Shown: positions 24,376-37,429 of the stretch, piece by piece
Position numbering within the stretch: the first letter of the stretch is position 1
Layout of the letters: every line of letters starts with the position of its first letter
Source of the DNA: the human T2T-CHM13v2.0 reference genome, Homo sapiens
Assembly: GCF_009914755.1 (NCBI RefSeq)
Contig: NC_060925.1
Direction: 5' to 3' (one strand)
DNA: 64,000 bases
Program-made: the position numbers and the translations under genes
Notes under the pieces: model-generated
Databases searched by the model: none
What the model saw: the letters and a program-made list of their open reading frames with translations, nothing else
What the model was told of the DNA's origin: nothing

Positions 24376-25999
24376 CTGGACCTGGTGGGCCTGATCCTGA
24401 CACTACAATGTGGCCCCTGCATGCAGGTCCCCGAGGGGCAGACCGGGGGCCGCTTCTGACCTTGAGCTGGATTCTGGGCCGCAGCAGGGACCCTCACGAG
24501 TGTGCAGGGGAGTGCTGTGAGTCAGGCCCCCCGGTGCAGCCGGGGCCACTCCTTGGTGGGCCCAGGGGCACCCAGGCGTGGGCTGGCTGGGGCACAGGGT
24601 CTCCAGGAGGCAGCCTGGACTCAGGGACAAGATGTGGCTCAGCTGGGGACGTGGGCGCCTAGCTCAGGGGACAGCTGGGTCCCTGAGTTCCTGGTGGCCA
24701 AGGCCTAAGCCAAGGCGGGAGGCTCCCCGAGATCCTGGCCCTTTATCCAGGACGCCCCCTTCCTCGTTCCTCTGGTGCAAATGATTTTTGGCCACAGGTG
24801 TCCTGACTGGCCCCCACTGGGTTGGGGCTCTGGCTGGGAGCCTGGCCCTCCCGCAGTCCTCTCCGGGCCGTTTCCCTGACCCCTTCTTGCTCAGCTGCCC
24901 CCGAGCCCCTGCCTGGACGTCATCAGCCACAGTTCATTCAGAGCCCTAGGGCCCTCAGGGTTGGGTCGCCATGAGCCCCGGGTTCCTGAACGTTCGGCTC
25001 AGGACCACCTGGATGGAGAAGCAGACACGCGAGGGTCCTGGTCACTCACCGAGGGCCGGGAGGGGCCCTGAATCCCGGCATGCTGGGGGGAGGCCCACCT
25101 GTGGGAAGATCCCTGGGTGGCTCTTTTGTCTCCTGCTCAGCTGGGGATGGCGGACACTAGCCCGGGTGTGTGCACCGTGTCGGCCGCGCCACGTGGGTGC
25201 TGCAATGGGTCCCTAACCCACAGTCCTCACAAGGAGGTTTCTAGGCTTCTTGCCTCACACAAATCCCAGCAACACTGGCGTGGGGCTGCACGGATTTACT
25301 TCCTGGAGAATCAAACCCGGAGTGGCACCATCTGCTCTGAGGACGGGGCTGAGCTGGGCTGCCCGGGGCTGAGATGCTGCTGTGCCCGGGGGGGCTTCCA
25401 GGGACTTCACTCTGCCGTCTGCACCCCCTGTAGGACTTGGGGGTGGGATAACCCGTTGTGGCCTAGGGGCAGGCAGCCCCTGCTTCACAGCCAGGACCCC
25501 CTCCCTGCAGGCGTTTCCTGCCACCTGGGCAGATGAGGAGTGGAGGCTCAGGGAGGGGGCGGTGGGGCGGTGCGGCCCGGCAGGTGCTCTGGGGCCCAGG
25601 CCCCAACCTGAGTGGAAGGACCTGCTGCGGCAGCACGGGGTTGGCTCTGAATACCTGCTGGGTGAGTGAGGGGTGGCAGCACCCACCAAGTGGGGGCTAT
25701 GGTGAGGCCCCCAGGGCAGCAGGAACAGAAGGCTGGGTGTCTAGGGGCGGGGGCTCCACCTGTAGCTGCGGCCTCCACAGGTCCAGGGAGAACAGGGTGG
25801 TTTTTGCTGGTGGGTGAGGCAGGGAAGGGCAGCTGGGCAGAGGGAACGGCCTCTGCAAAGGTGTGAGGGTGAGAGTGGCCTTGCGCCTTGCTGTGGCTCT
25901 GAGGCTGAGGCAGGGAGTGCTGGAGAGTGGGGCTCACAGAGGGTGAGGGCTCTGGTCCATGAGCTTGGATCTTGCCCCTCGAGCTGGACGGTCACCCCA

Positions 26000-26130
26000 G
26001 GGCACCTGTTAGTGACCACGCCCCTGCCCTGCTGACGAGACACTACAGTGGGAACCCAGTGGGGGCCGGGATGGGTACCTGGGACATGGCAGGTGCCAGA
26101 CAAGTGTTTGCCAAGTGCACAAATGACTGT
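26000..26130 (+). mobile_element. L2 3' end fragment
   Basis: acctgggacatggcaggtgccagacaagtgtttgccaagtgcacaaatga. Confidence 0.45.
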
Positions 26131-26454
26131 GGGGGAGGCTGCTGCCTCAGGGGCTGTGAGACCTTCTCTCTATCCCACTTGGGCTCCCGAAACATGGTCT
26201 CCTGAGTGTGTGGTGCTGGGCAGGGTGCACACACGTGTGAGCATACACACACACTCATGCATGGACACACACCTGGCAAGCATACACATGTGCACACATG
26301 TACACCGCAAGCACACACGTGAGCACGTGCTTGTGCACACACACTCTACAAGCACAGGGAGACCCTGGCACACGCAGCCAGCACCGCCGAGCCCTCCCTG
26401 CCGGCATCTCTGGTCCTGAACCCAAACTCCTGCCTGTCCAGGCTCCGGCCAGCG

Positions 26455-26630
26455 TGTGCGGGTTAAAAACTGGAGCATAGTCAGGATACATGATTCTAAT
26501 TAGAACAATCTATGTCCATACGGAGAAAAAATTGTATGCAGAGGGTGACCAGGCAGTTATGGAAAGGTTCCGCTTTCTAACGATGTAAAACAGAAGAGAT
26601 GGGGTGATTTTAGTTTCAAGAACCTGGGTG
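26455..26630. promoter_or_regulatory. AT-rich candidate enhancer
   Basis: Perfect palindrome TTCTAATTAGAA 26494-26505 overlapping SOX-type AACAAT 26504-26509. Confidence 0.45.
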
Positions 26631-27506
26631 GGGTAGTGGCGCCTGTATGCCTGTCTAGAGGGGTGGGGGCAGGCACAGGGTTTGGGGGCTGCAGCCGGCG
26701 GGGCTGCTGGGACTGAAGGAGGACCCTGGGCCCAGCCTGCCTCCATGGGCTCTGGGGCCAGGGCAGGGAGTGGGGATCCGGAGCCAAGCCGACCCAGGAC
26801 TCAGCCCTGTGTTACCCTTCGTTGCCTTGGAAGGACATACAGGCGCCTCCCCTTCCACACTGGGGCATGAGGTAGGTGGGAAAGGACCCACAGGGCAGCC
26901 GAGAGCTCCAGGTGTCCCAGGCGCCCTCCGGCCAGTCCCACTGCCGGGGCCCTCTGGCCATGAGAAGGGAGGGTGGCCGAGAGAGCATGGAGTCCTCCCC
27001 GGCACGGAGCTGCAGACCCCAGGACTGGGCATGGGTGAAGCACTCGCAGCTCACTCCCCTCTGTGAGCTCCAGGAGGCCTCTGTACCCCAGAGCTGCGTG
27101 CAGGCCCTGCAGGGAGGAGGCATCAGGAGGCGACTGCATTGCTGCTGGTCCTGGGTGGCCTCAGTCAGCGCGGCTTGGAGAGCACCCCCCAGGCTTTTTT
27201 GCCGTCACGGTGGTGTAGACCAGCAGGTAGCACACAGGCCGTGATCCCGCACCTGGGGATGGGCTAGCCCCTCTTGGAGGACTGCTGGCTGCACAACCGT
27301 CGCTGTGTAGACAGGGATGGCCCCTCGGCCCCTCTGGGAGCTTCACCTGCCTAGGCCATAGCTGTCTTCCTGAGCCTGGCCCACCACAGCCCCCAGTATG
27401 CATTTGTTGAATGAAAGCCAGAAAGAATGGTGCCTGTACCCTCACTCCCTGCGCGCCCCAGACCTCGAAGGCTGGGGGAGCCCAGGGAACCCACACACAG
27501 GAGGTC

Positions 27507-27577
27507 CTGGACCCAGGCCAACTCTCTCAAGGGATGGCCACTCTGGACCCAGGCCAGCTCTCTAGAGGGACGGCCGT
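27507..27577. repeat. 36-bp tandem duplication
   Basis: CTGGACCCAGGCCA at 27507 and 27543. Confidence 0.9.
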
Positions 27578-28299
27578 GCTGCTTCTCGGAGGACCACATG
27601 ATGGGTAGTTCCCACACTTGCATCTCACAGAGGGGCCCCAAGAATCTGTGAGGGGCTTGGTGGAGCCCACTGGCCTCCTCTACCCCCCAGGGGTCAGGGC
27701 CTCCTCCTGCATGGTCCAGCTTCTCCATAGCACCAGGGTCCGGTGGGTGCCTTCCCCAAACATGCAGCCCCACCCTCCCCAGGTCAGCTGCAGGCACGGG
27801 GGTAGGACAGGGCCGGTCAGGAGCCCTGGGTTTCATTACCCTACAATGCCCCTGGCCCTGGAAAACATCCCAAATCTAACCCATCCCTGCAGTGTGATCC
27901 TATCAGGCCTCTGCTGGGTTGGAACAGGCTTCCTTCATCTGGTTTCCATACTTCACAGCCGTGGGGATGTGAGCGGGTGTCAGGTGGGCGAGGTCTGGGG
28001 CATAAATTCGGCCAGCCCCATCAGCCTGACCCTCCTTCTCTGGGCAGCACAGAGGGCACCCTCAGGGGCACGGGTCCTCGCCCCAGGACCTAGATGTGCA
28101 TCATTGCAGCCGAAGGACAAGGTCAGAGGGCGGGACTGTCCCCTCCGCCTCTCCACGCCGCCCCTTGTGCTGGAAGCGCACCTCCCGCTGGTCTGAGGGG
28201 CGTCTGGAGCACCTGGACCTTAGCTCCTCATCACCCCAGGAGCAGTCACCTGGGGTCACACACGGGTGGGTGGGTCTCAGCCTGAGGCCGGCCCCACTG

Positions 28300-28700
28300 T
28301 CCACGTGTGCACCTTGATTTACCATCCCTGCTCCTTTAACGGCGTCTCCGGGCGCCGGCTCCGAGCGCGTCCTGCCCCCGCTGCCCCGTGCGGCAGAGCT
28401 TGGGAAAATCTATTACCGCCGAGTCATTAATCTGAGGCTGCCGCCTCGGGCACTTTCTGGCCCCTCTATTTAATGGGCTCTGCTTCCTGAGCTCCGGAGC
28501 CGTGCTGCTTGCCTCTCTTGATCAGCTTTGTTTAATTATCAAAATATTTGATGCAGAAAATTGACATTAGTTCTGAAGGTTCTGCCCTCCTCCCCCCACC
28601 CGGCTCCTGGTAGCATTGAGTGGCTCAGCCGCTGCGCCCATCGCCTCAAAATAGCAAATGGGCCGCCAGCCTGTGCTTGGCCAGGCGGACATGACGAGCC
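28300..28700. promoter_or_regulatory. CpG-rich plus AT-rich candidate conserved enhancer
   Basis: CACGTG 28302, TGATTTAC 28315-28322, CpG block 28340-28450, TCATTAATCT, CTTTGTTTAATTA, ATCAAA-ATA-TTTGAT 28538-28552. Confidence 0.6.
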
Positions 28701-29879
28701 GCCTGTGGGGCTGAGGCTGCCTGGCCCTGCTGGGACCCTGCCCTGGCTGCTTGGGCGGCACACAGCTGCACCCCAGGCCCGTCCCCCATTTCCAGTGTCC
28801 CTGGCCCTGGTGGGAGCGGCCGTGCTGGGCCGTCGTGGAGCCCTCTGTGCGTTTCCATGCATGATGCACCTGGCTAGAGCCTGTCTCCCAACACCTGGGC
28901 TGGGGGCACAGCACAGAGCGCCGAGCTTGCGGGCTGGGGATTGGGGCTGGGTGAGGCCAGCGTGTCCTGCCCCCTGGGCTGTTGTCAGGGCCTCACCCAT
29001 CTGCAGAGCCTCTGAGGGGCCCTCCTGGGCAGGGGCCAGGCCGGCCCAGATGGTGGAGCCCCCTGCTTGAGGGGCAAGGTGGGGCTCCTCACGGCCAGCC
29101 TTGTGAGCAGGGCCTGTGGCAGGGGGAGGACCAATACTGGGAGCAGCAGGCTCATGGTACAGAGGGGGCTGCTGACCTGCAGGGCCCAGCTTGTGCCCAG
29201 GTGAAGCTCAGCAGCCCCTTTTAGCCTCAGCCGCAGGGCTGGGCTGGGCCCGGCCGATGCTGGCCCCTCTGCAAGCATTTTCATCCACTTTCCGGCCCAT
29301 AGCGGGGAGAGCGCTTGCTAGGCCCTGTCCAGGCCTTAGTGCTGGGATGGTGTGTGCGTGTGTGTGTGGGCACACACGTGTGTCCCTGAGTGTGTGTGTG
29401 CCCTGGGAGCCCTGTACACGCGTGCATGTGCGTGTGCCTGTGCTTGTGTGTGACCGTCATACATGAGTGCCCGTGTGCGTGCCTGTGTGTCCCACACGTG
29501 CCTGCGTTGGCCCTCGGGTACCCACCGTGGACACCCACCCTGGGTAATTCATGTTGAACCTCATGTTGACCTCAAGCCCCTCCTAATCTCTCCCCAGCCC
29601 CATCCCTCCCATGTGGTTCCAGGTCTGTGTCTGTCCATGGGTGTGAGTCCATCTCTGAGTCCAGAAGTCAGCGCCTGCTGGCTTTGGCTTCCTGGTAGAG
29701 CAGCGAAGCTTGGGACCCAGCCCTTGGTGTGGGGGCAGCCGGAGCTGTGGGCTTTTGAGAGGGGGCTGGTGCGTGAGCGCCCGGGAGGAACCCCTGTCTT
29801 CTTCCCCGCCGGCTGCACCGGCAGACCCAGAACTCATGTATTTGCTCCTGGTTCCCAGTCTCGGGGACCCTGGCCGGCA

Positions 29880-30030
29880 CGCGTCCTCAAATGCGGCTTT
29901 TTTCAGATGCCGGATAATTTTCAAAACAGAAAGTAGTTTCAAGGTTGAGAAGATACCATTATGGAAAACAAATAGCGGTCAAGCTTAGATTCGTGGCTTT
30001 TCACTTGCAATCAATGTCCCTGGTGGAGGG
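29880..30030. promoter_or_regulatory. AT-rich candidate regulatory island
   Basis: GATAATT, CCATTATGG and CAATCAAT in a non-repeat AT-rich block. Confidence 0.35.
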
Positions 30031-30824
30031 AAAGGACAAAGGGAAGGAGTCACAGGCTCAGGGAGGGCGCTCGCCCTCATGGCTTCATGTTCACCTGCAG
30101 GAAAAAGAAAAACCGTCAGGCCCTTGGCCTTCATGGATGGTAGCCTGACTCCCTGAGCCCTGGGCCAGGCTCCCAGGAAGCAGCGTTGCTGTGGAAGCTG
30201 ACGTTTGGGTCCCTTTCTCGCCACCTAGCTGGCCTGTCCAGCGAAATCCCACCACGCCTGTCTGCTGCGCGTTCAGCTGGTAGATGGGACGTGAGTTCTC
30301 GAAAAGACAATGTCCTCCTCCCTCCGGAATGCTCTTTGCCCAGGTTGGAAATGGATGGCTCCATGTATCTCCCTGTCTCGGACGCTGACCGCATCCTTTC
30401 CCCATCCGCCTCTTCCTGTATCTCCAGGACAGAATCAACACGCCCGCCTGCAGTGGTCACCAGAGCCCCGACACCCCCATTCGGGCCAGGCCGCCTTCAC
30501 ATGGGGACCTCCCGGGAGGCGCAGCAGCAAGCAGGTGTTTAGTGAGGGAGGGGGTGCCCCTGTTTTCTGAGGAGCAAGCCCTGGGCCCAAGAAACAGGAG
30601 GGAGTGGACCCACGCTTTTCTGCACTGGGCAGATGGCTTTGGTGAAAATGTTTTCGTGGGTCTTGCTGACTTCTCTGTAGCTGCGGGCAGGGTTTGCCAC
30701 GAGGCCTGCGTTGGGAAGGGGTTCGGAGAGGGCGCTGATGTTGGAGGGAAGTCCCAGGGGAGAGGCAGAGCCAAGTTTGCCATGTGGCTGCACAGGGGAC
30801 CTGGAGCTGCGTCCCGACCAACCT

Positions 30825-31268
30825 GTTGGCAGCTTTCCGCCCACACAGGGACAAAGGACCACAACTTTGGTGGCTCAAAACGACACATATCCATCCTCTC
30901 CTGGTTCCAGAGGGTGCGATTCGGAAATCGAGGTGTCGGCAGGACCACGCTCCCCACGAAGCCTCCGGGAGAGGATCCTCCTGGCCCCTTCCAGTGCCTG
31001 GTAGTCCCAGGTGGTCTTTGGCTTGTGGCTGAATTGCTCCCAGCCCTGCCTCCTTCATGCGGCCTTCTCCCCGTGTGTCTGTCCTCGTGTGTGTGTGTCT
31101 ATGTGTCCTCCCCCCTCTTACAGGGATGCCAGTCATTGGATTAGAGCCCACCCTAAATCCAGGCCGATTTCATCTCGAATTCCTTAACTAATTACAGTCC
31201 CCAACATGGCCTCATTCTGAGGTTTGGATGGGCCTGAATCTGGGGGACTCTATTCAACGCTCCACACA
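30825..31268 (-). mobile_element. MLT1A-type MaLR solo LTR
   Basis: cacaactttggtggctcaaaac...ttagagcccaccctaaatccagg...ccttaactaattaca...tattcaac. Confidence 0.85.
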
Positions 31269-31559
31269 GTGGGAGGGGGTCTCCTGGTTTGTAACAGAAA
31301 GTGCGTAAGGAATGGGAATCCGTCTGATGGCAACGGTGGAGCACTGGCCTGTTCTCCGTTCACACCAGGATGCTGAGGATGGCGTGTGAACGCGGGGAGG
31401 ACGTTAACTGGGCCTAGGAGGCCTGGCAGCCTTCTCCCTCCACCCCCTTCTGAGCTGAGCACTGCAGTACCAGGCTGGGGACAGGGCTCCAGGGACAGGA
31501 GCCATGCATTTGGCTTGGATGGAGGCTGCGGGGTCAAGTGCGCCAGCGGTGGCTGCTGG

Positions 31560-31800
31560 TAGAGTGCTCTGTCAATCCATTATTGATACACACGCACGAA
31601 GAGTAACCACTCTTTTAAATCTTGGCTGAACCAAGCAGGGGGTGAAAGAACAAACTAATAAATAACCATGGTAACGACCTGCCTCCCCTACCCCTGCCCC
31701 AGTGGCCTTTGATCTCATTATTCCAGACGCCCGCTTGGAGACGGTGGGCAGGTGAACTTTGCAAACACTCACTGAGGTCTTTGCATTTTTATGGCTTCTG
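31560..31800. promoter_or_regulatory. Candidate conserved enhancer
   Basis: CTGTCAATCC (near PBX-MEIS site, reverse) 31569-31578, CCTTTGATC (TCF/LEF) at 31706, TTTTATGGC 31787-31795. Confidence 0.5.
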
Positions 31801-32054
31801 CTGGCCATGCCGGGGCGTCTTTGTGGGCATGGGGAGGGATGTGCATTTCAACACGCAGGGATCTGCCTCCTGCCAGAGCATCACCCACAGCCCCCGCCCT
31901 TCTGAGGAGCTGAGGGTGAGGGCTGCTGTGTCTGTGAGCCAGGGGTGGGAGGGAGCTGCCTGGGTAGGGGCATTTGGGCATCTCGGTAGAGATAACCTCT
32001 GTGGCCATCTCAGGGGTGGGCTGGGCCCGGCCTGGACTCCTGGGGTTAGGCTCC

Positions 32055-32302
32055 CCCACTCCCAGCCTCCCAGCGCCCCAGCCTCCAAGCCTCCCAGCGC
32101 CCTGGCCTCCCAGCACCCCAGTCTCCCAGCCTTCCAGCTCCCCGGCCTCCCAGCCTCCCAGCGCCCCAGCCTCCCAGCCTCCTAGCGCCCTAGCCTCCCA
32201 GCCTCCCAGCCTCCCAGTGCCCCATCCTGCCAGCACCCTGGCCTCCCAGCCTCCCAGCCTCCCAGTGCCCTAACCTCCCAGCCTCTCGGCCTCCCAGCAC
32301 CC
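32055..32302. repeat. (CCTCCCAG)-based degenerate minisatellite
   Basis: 8-bp core repeated with interspersed variants. Confidence 0.9.
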
Positions 32303-33409
32303 CGGCAGAGCCACCGTTTCAATATACATCTTTGTTTGTGGGCAGGACGTGTCTCTGACCAGGGCTTCCCGAGACCTTGGCTTTTCCTGACACAATTATT
32401 GCCACCACAGGGACTCATTTTCAGTGTGGCCAACACTGACCCAGCTGGTCCCCTCCCCATTGTCCGTGTCCACAGCTACGAGGATGGCTCCACTCCCAGG
32501 CCCAGGACCTGAGGCAGCACCGGACGCCTCCGGGCCCTGCCCAGCATCTTCCCGAAGATCCTCCTGGGAGCCACTCTGTGCCCCATTCCCCTGTGGCTGG
32601 CCCTGCGGACCCCACCCAGCACCTCTGCTGCCAGCCAGACATGACTTTCCTGGCTCATGTGACGCTGGTGTGGGACCTTCTGTGCTGTGGGCTGAGGATG
32701 GGGGTCGGGGAAGGAGAGGGTGAGGAATGGGTGGGGAGGTGGGGGTGGGGAAGAAGAGGGCTCTTGGTACAGAATTTCCAGCTCTGACTCATCCCACTTT
32801 AGGCTATTTCCCAGAAGAGACCCATTCTCCACCCTCATACCCGGCCAGTGCACCCCTCACTCAGGAGCCCCTCACCCCTCAGCCCTGAACCCGGGTGAAC
32901 CACGATCACACACTCCCACGAATGCCCACGCCATGCTCAGGGCCACACTAGGTGCCCCGTAAATGTGCGCCCCTGTGGGTGCAGCTCTGGGCCAGAGAAA
33001 GCCTGTGGGCAGCCCCTCCCCTAACCCACTGCTCCAGTCCCTGCTTGGAGAGGGCAATGCCAAGGGCAGGGCACTCTGTGTGGGAGGGGAGCAGGGCTGG
33101 CCTCTCTTTGGAGCTTGCTTCTGTAGCCCCTGGAGGTCGGTGGTGACCCTAGCCCCCTGTGTGCCCCTAGGGAGGGGGACTCACCCTTCAGGAGAGCTCT
33201 GCCTGCTCCCTTGGGCTGTAGGGCTGGCTGAGGCCCAGCTCTCACTGAGGTCTCAGGAAGCTGGTGGACAGCTTGTCCTCATTGTCTGTGCTCCGGACCA
33301 GCCAGCCCAGTGCTGGGTGACAGACGTGGAGATGCTGGGCATGGAACGGCCAATGGAGGGGGAGAAGGTGCCCTCCACCACCGTTGGCCCCATCCCACGT
33401 GTGCACGCA

Positions 33410-33640
33410 CCGGCAGGCATGTATTGAGCGCGCTACACGCTCAGTCTGTGGTCTGGCACCAGGTGCCTGTGTTCTGGGCTGTCATGTGCCCCACAGTGAG
33501 GGGAGCTGAGGGCCCTTCTGTGTGTGAAGGAGTCGCAGGGCCCAGGGCAGAGGGTCCCCCGTCTTTTGGGCAGACCAGAGAAGGCTCCGGAGACCAGGCG
33601 ACATTTAGGGAGAACCTGAGGAGGGAGAAGGAGGATGAGA
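33410..33640 (-). mobile_element. L2 3' fragment
   Basis: catgtattgagcgc...caccaggtgcctgtgttctggg...gaaggctccggagaccaggcgacattt. Confidence 0.45.
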
Positions 33641-35177
33641 GTCTCTCAGGAGGGACGGGGGTGGGGGTGGGGGGCAAAGAAGCAGGGGTGGGGCCACACA
33701 GCCCGGCTGGGGAGTGGGAAGGGCCTGGTGTGCGCGGGCGTGGCTGCCTAGGCATCATGCACGGGGGCCTTCACCCTCCAGGGCTGCTTGGCCAGTGGTG
33801 CTGGGCTGGGCCCGTGAAAAGAGCAGGTCGGGTGAGCAGAGGTGGCTGCTCTGGCCCCCTGGGAGGTGAGAGGGCGCGTGCCTGTGTCAGGGCAGGGGAA
33901 GGAAACCTGTTTAGTTTTGCTGAATCATGGTTTCACCACAAAGCCGGCCCCCTGCCTGGTCCTTGCATCCTGAGGCATGGCATATTGGTGATCTATGCTG
34001 CGTATGGCACCACTACACACCACACAGCAGAAGCAGATGGCAGACACCCACTCATCACCTCACAGGTTCCCTGGCCCGGAACTGGCTGTGTTCTCATCTG
34101 AGGGCTCCACGAGGGAGGGACCCACTTCCAGGCTCATCCCAGCAGCGGGCAGAAATATTTCCTTGTGGTTATGGGACTGAGGTCCCATGTTCTCGGGGCA
34201 GTCAATCCGGAGCCACTCTTGGCTCCTAGGGGCCCCCACCGTCCTCTGCCCTGGAGGTGTCTCTGTTGGGCAGCTTGCTTCCTCCGGGCAGCAGGAGACT
34301 GTACCACTCCAGCCGTCGGAGACGTGTCTTCATAACATGTGAGCAAGGGAGTGACTCGCCTGCCACCTGTATCATACGCTGCTGGTCGGATGCAAATCTC
34401 AGGGCAGGTGGTCACACGGGGGGTGACTTGGGGTCACCTTGGCATGTGCCTGCCACTCCCAGGAGCACCCCCAGACATCAAGCTTTGGGAAACTCTGCCA
34501 GGATCTGGGAGGCAGCCGCCAGTGCTGTGTGAGTGGGGAGCGTGGTCACAGGGTGGGGGCAGGACTGGAAGTGGCCATGGGGATGGACACAGAAGAGCCA
34601 CCCCCAGGCTCCCAGGGCCCCGAGGACACAGCATGAGCTTCATCTACATGGGTGGGGGACGGCGGCTTGGGGCCTTGATTCAGGTGCTGGGGCCCCTTCT
34701 GTCCCTGTCCCTGCCCTGAGGACTGTTGGGGTCAACCCTGGCTGAGTGTGGACGTTGCTGGTTCAGCGGATACCCTGAGTGCCGAGGCCAGGTAGGCCGC
34801 TGGGGCTCAGGGGGACAGGCTGGCTGAGGACGCTGGGGATCACGAGTCCGTGGTGGGCTTTGGAGCCAGCCTGGGTGGGGCTCCAGGTGGGGACAGAGGA
34901 GGCTCTGTGTCTGGGCTCTGGGGGCCCCGCTGGAAGAGGCCAAGGACATCAGAACTGACGGGAGGACCAGGAAGGGGTGGCCGGGGGCTGAGGGAGGTGG
35001 GGAAGTCGGGGGCCCGAAGCCAAGGGTGGGGGCCGAGCTGTGGGGAGCTGAGGCCTGTGACCCATGCTTGGTGGGGGTGACCAAGCAGCAGACAGAGAAT
35101 GGCCTGGAGATTTCAGAGGTAGGTGCCTAACCCTGCAGCACAGTTCCAGGCAGGAGCATTTCTGGGTGAGGCAGTTC

Positions 35178-35380
35178 TGGGGTGGAGGGAGGTGGGGGGA
35201 GGTGGGGGCAGGTGGGATGAGGTGGAGGGAGGTGGGGGGAGGTGGGGGGAGGTGGGGGGAGGTGAAGGGTGGTGGAACGAGGTGGCGGGGAGGTGGAGGG
35301 TGGTGGAGGGAGGTGGAAGGTGGTAGAGGAAGGTGAAGGGAGGTCGGGGGAGGTGGAGAGGGTAGAGGAGGGTCGGGAGA
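35178..35380. repeat. (GGAGGTGGGG)n G-rich repeat, G-quadruplex prone
   Basis: 10-bp unit with G4-G6 runs. Confidence 0.9.
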
Positions 35381-35944
35381 CCCTGTGTGTGAGGGGATGG
35401 GAGGCACCTGGGCCTGGGGGATGGGGAGCTCATGGCAGGGGATGGAAGGGCACCGGCCCCTGTTCTGCAGACCCGCTCCTCTCCAGGGAGTTCCTAAGCC
35501 CCATCCTCTCTTTTTTCTGCCTCCACCCTCTGGCCAGCACACGTGGCTCTGGGCACAGTGACCCCTCACACTGGGGAGTGCTTCCCACAGTTGTACCAGC
35601 CAGAGGGTGCCTGTGATGTCCCCATTTGGAAGTCAGGACCTGGGCACACCGACTGCCCTGGCAGAGAGCTGTCTGACACACGATGGGTCAGGGCCCGGGT
35701 CTGGGGTCCTGGCTTCCTGCCTGTGGGTCCCACGGGGGGCCGGGGCAGAGGATGGCTATGGTGAGGCTGCTGCCTGGCATCTGAAATGTATCGTCACCAG
35801 TAAAGACCCGATGGGACTGCCCATCCTGGAGGACACAGACCGAGCAGATGGCCCCGCCCACCCTCACTCTCCTGTCTCCCTCCTGGAGCCTTGAGGCTGA
35901 GGATCGCACCTGTCACCCCCTGCTGAGCCTCATCCTCCCAGGGG

Positions 35945-36445
35945 TGTGGATAAGTTTCCCGTTGATGCTGCAACAAAGACAATCATTGTGGCTTAAAATA
36001 ACACACACTGATTTATTGTGGCTTAGAATAACACACACTGATGGGTTGTTGCGGCTTAAAACAATACACATTGATTCTCTCGTGGTCTGGGGGCTGGAAG
36101 CCTAAAGTCCAGGTGTTCAGGTCCAGGCTCCCTCTGAAGGCTCTGGGAGAGGATCCTCCTGCCTCTTCCAGGCCCTGGTAGCTTCAGGCAGTTCTTGGCT
36201 GTGGCCGCCTCACTCCCACCACTTCCTCCAGCATCACTGGGCTGTCTTCCCTCTGTGGGGGTCTCTGTGCCTCTGTTTTCTTCTTATAAGGACACCAGTC
36301 ACACCAGTAGGGCCCACCCTACTCCAATACAACTTCATCTGAAGCAATTATGTCTGCAATGACCCAGCTTCCAAGTAAGGCCGCATCCCCAGGTCCTGAG
36401 GGTTAGGACTCCAGCACATCTTTTGGGGACATTATTCAACACCCA
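35945..36445 (-). mobile_element. MLT1B/C-type MaLR solo LTR with an internal ~30-bp triplication (35975-36075)
   Basis: gtggcttaaaataacacac x3, cttataaggacaccagtca, gggttaggactccagcacatcttttgggga. Confidence 0.88.
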
Positions 36446-36695
36446 TGGGGCACTTCCCTGCCCTAAGCGGCCTCCACATGGGTCCCAAGGTATTCCCCCC
36501 ACCCCCTCCACAAAGAGGAAGCCGCAGGAGGGAGGGCTGTTGAGGCAGAGAGTGCCTGAGGAGGCTCACGGGCCCGGCCCTGGGGCCAGACGGGAGGCAG
36601 GGTCCCCGGGGCTGGGTGTCGGTGCCCTCATGCCCCGGGGCATCTATGGAGAGGGTGACCCTCCGTGAGAGCGAGTTCTCCCTCTTCTCCCACTG

Positions 36696-36790
36696 GAGTG
36701 GCCAGATTAAGCCAAGTAAAGTGCAGGCACCCAGTTAAACGTGAGCTTCAGATCAACAAGGACTCCTGTTTGGGATGTTCTAGATCCTGC
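36696..36790 (+). mobile_element. MER53-like hAT MITE fragment
   Basis: gtggccagattaagccaagtaaagtgcaggcacccagttaaacgtgagcttcagatcaacaa follows the recalled MER53 terminus. Confidence 0.6.
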
Positions 36791-37429
36791 ACGGGGCATA
36801 CTCAGCCCGAGGAAGCGGCTCCTGTGGCTCCGGGTTCGCTGGTGCCTGCACCCTCTGTTTCATCCGGCGGTGCTGCTTGGATCCCTGCGGCTCCGTTCTG
36901 GCCACTCTGCATCCACTCAGGGATGAGAGAAGCTGGGCCCGGGATGAGATCCCCTGGCGGCTGCAGCTCTGCACCCCTTCCCGGAAGGGTCAGGGGGCAG
37001 CAGCTGCATTTCCTTTCTGCTCCAGGGCTGGGAAGTGGGTTCCAGGGGAGGGTCTGGTGGTATGGGGCCAGGGCTGGCACAGCCCTGGGGGCTGGGAGGC
37101 TCCGCACCTGGCACAGCGGCCTCGGGGGCTCAGAACTGGAGCCAGCCAGGGCCTCTGCCCCTGCCTCTGCCACTTTGGGTGGGGATGCCTCACCCCACTG
37201 CACAGCTTAAAGCAAGAAGTGAGGAGGGAAAGGCTGGGCAGTCAGAGGGCCCCGGGATGGCTGTCAAGCCAATGGAGGGCGGGCCTGGCGGGGGTCGCTT
37301 GTCTGGTGGACCTGTGAGCTGGCCCAGGCTCCCCCTCTCTGGGCCACCAGCTGCCCTGGCTCAGAGGCCAAGCATGGGTGGGGCAGGGGGCAGCCCACCC
37401 ACCAGCCAGCCCAGTGGGGCCTCAGCGCA

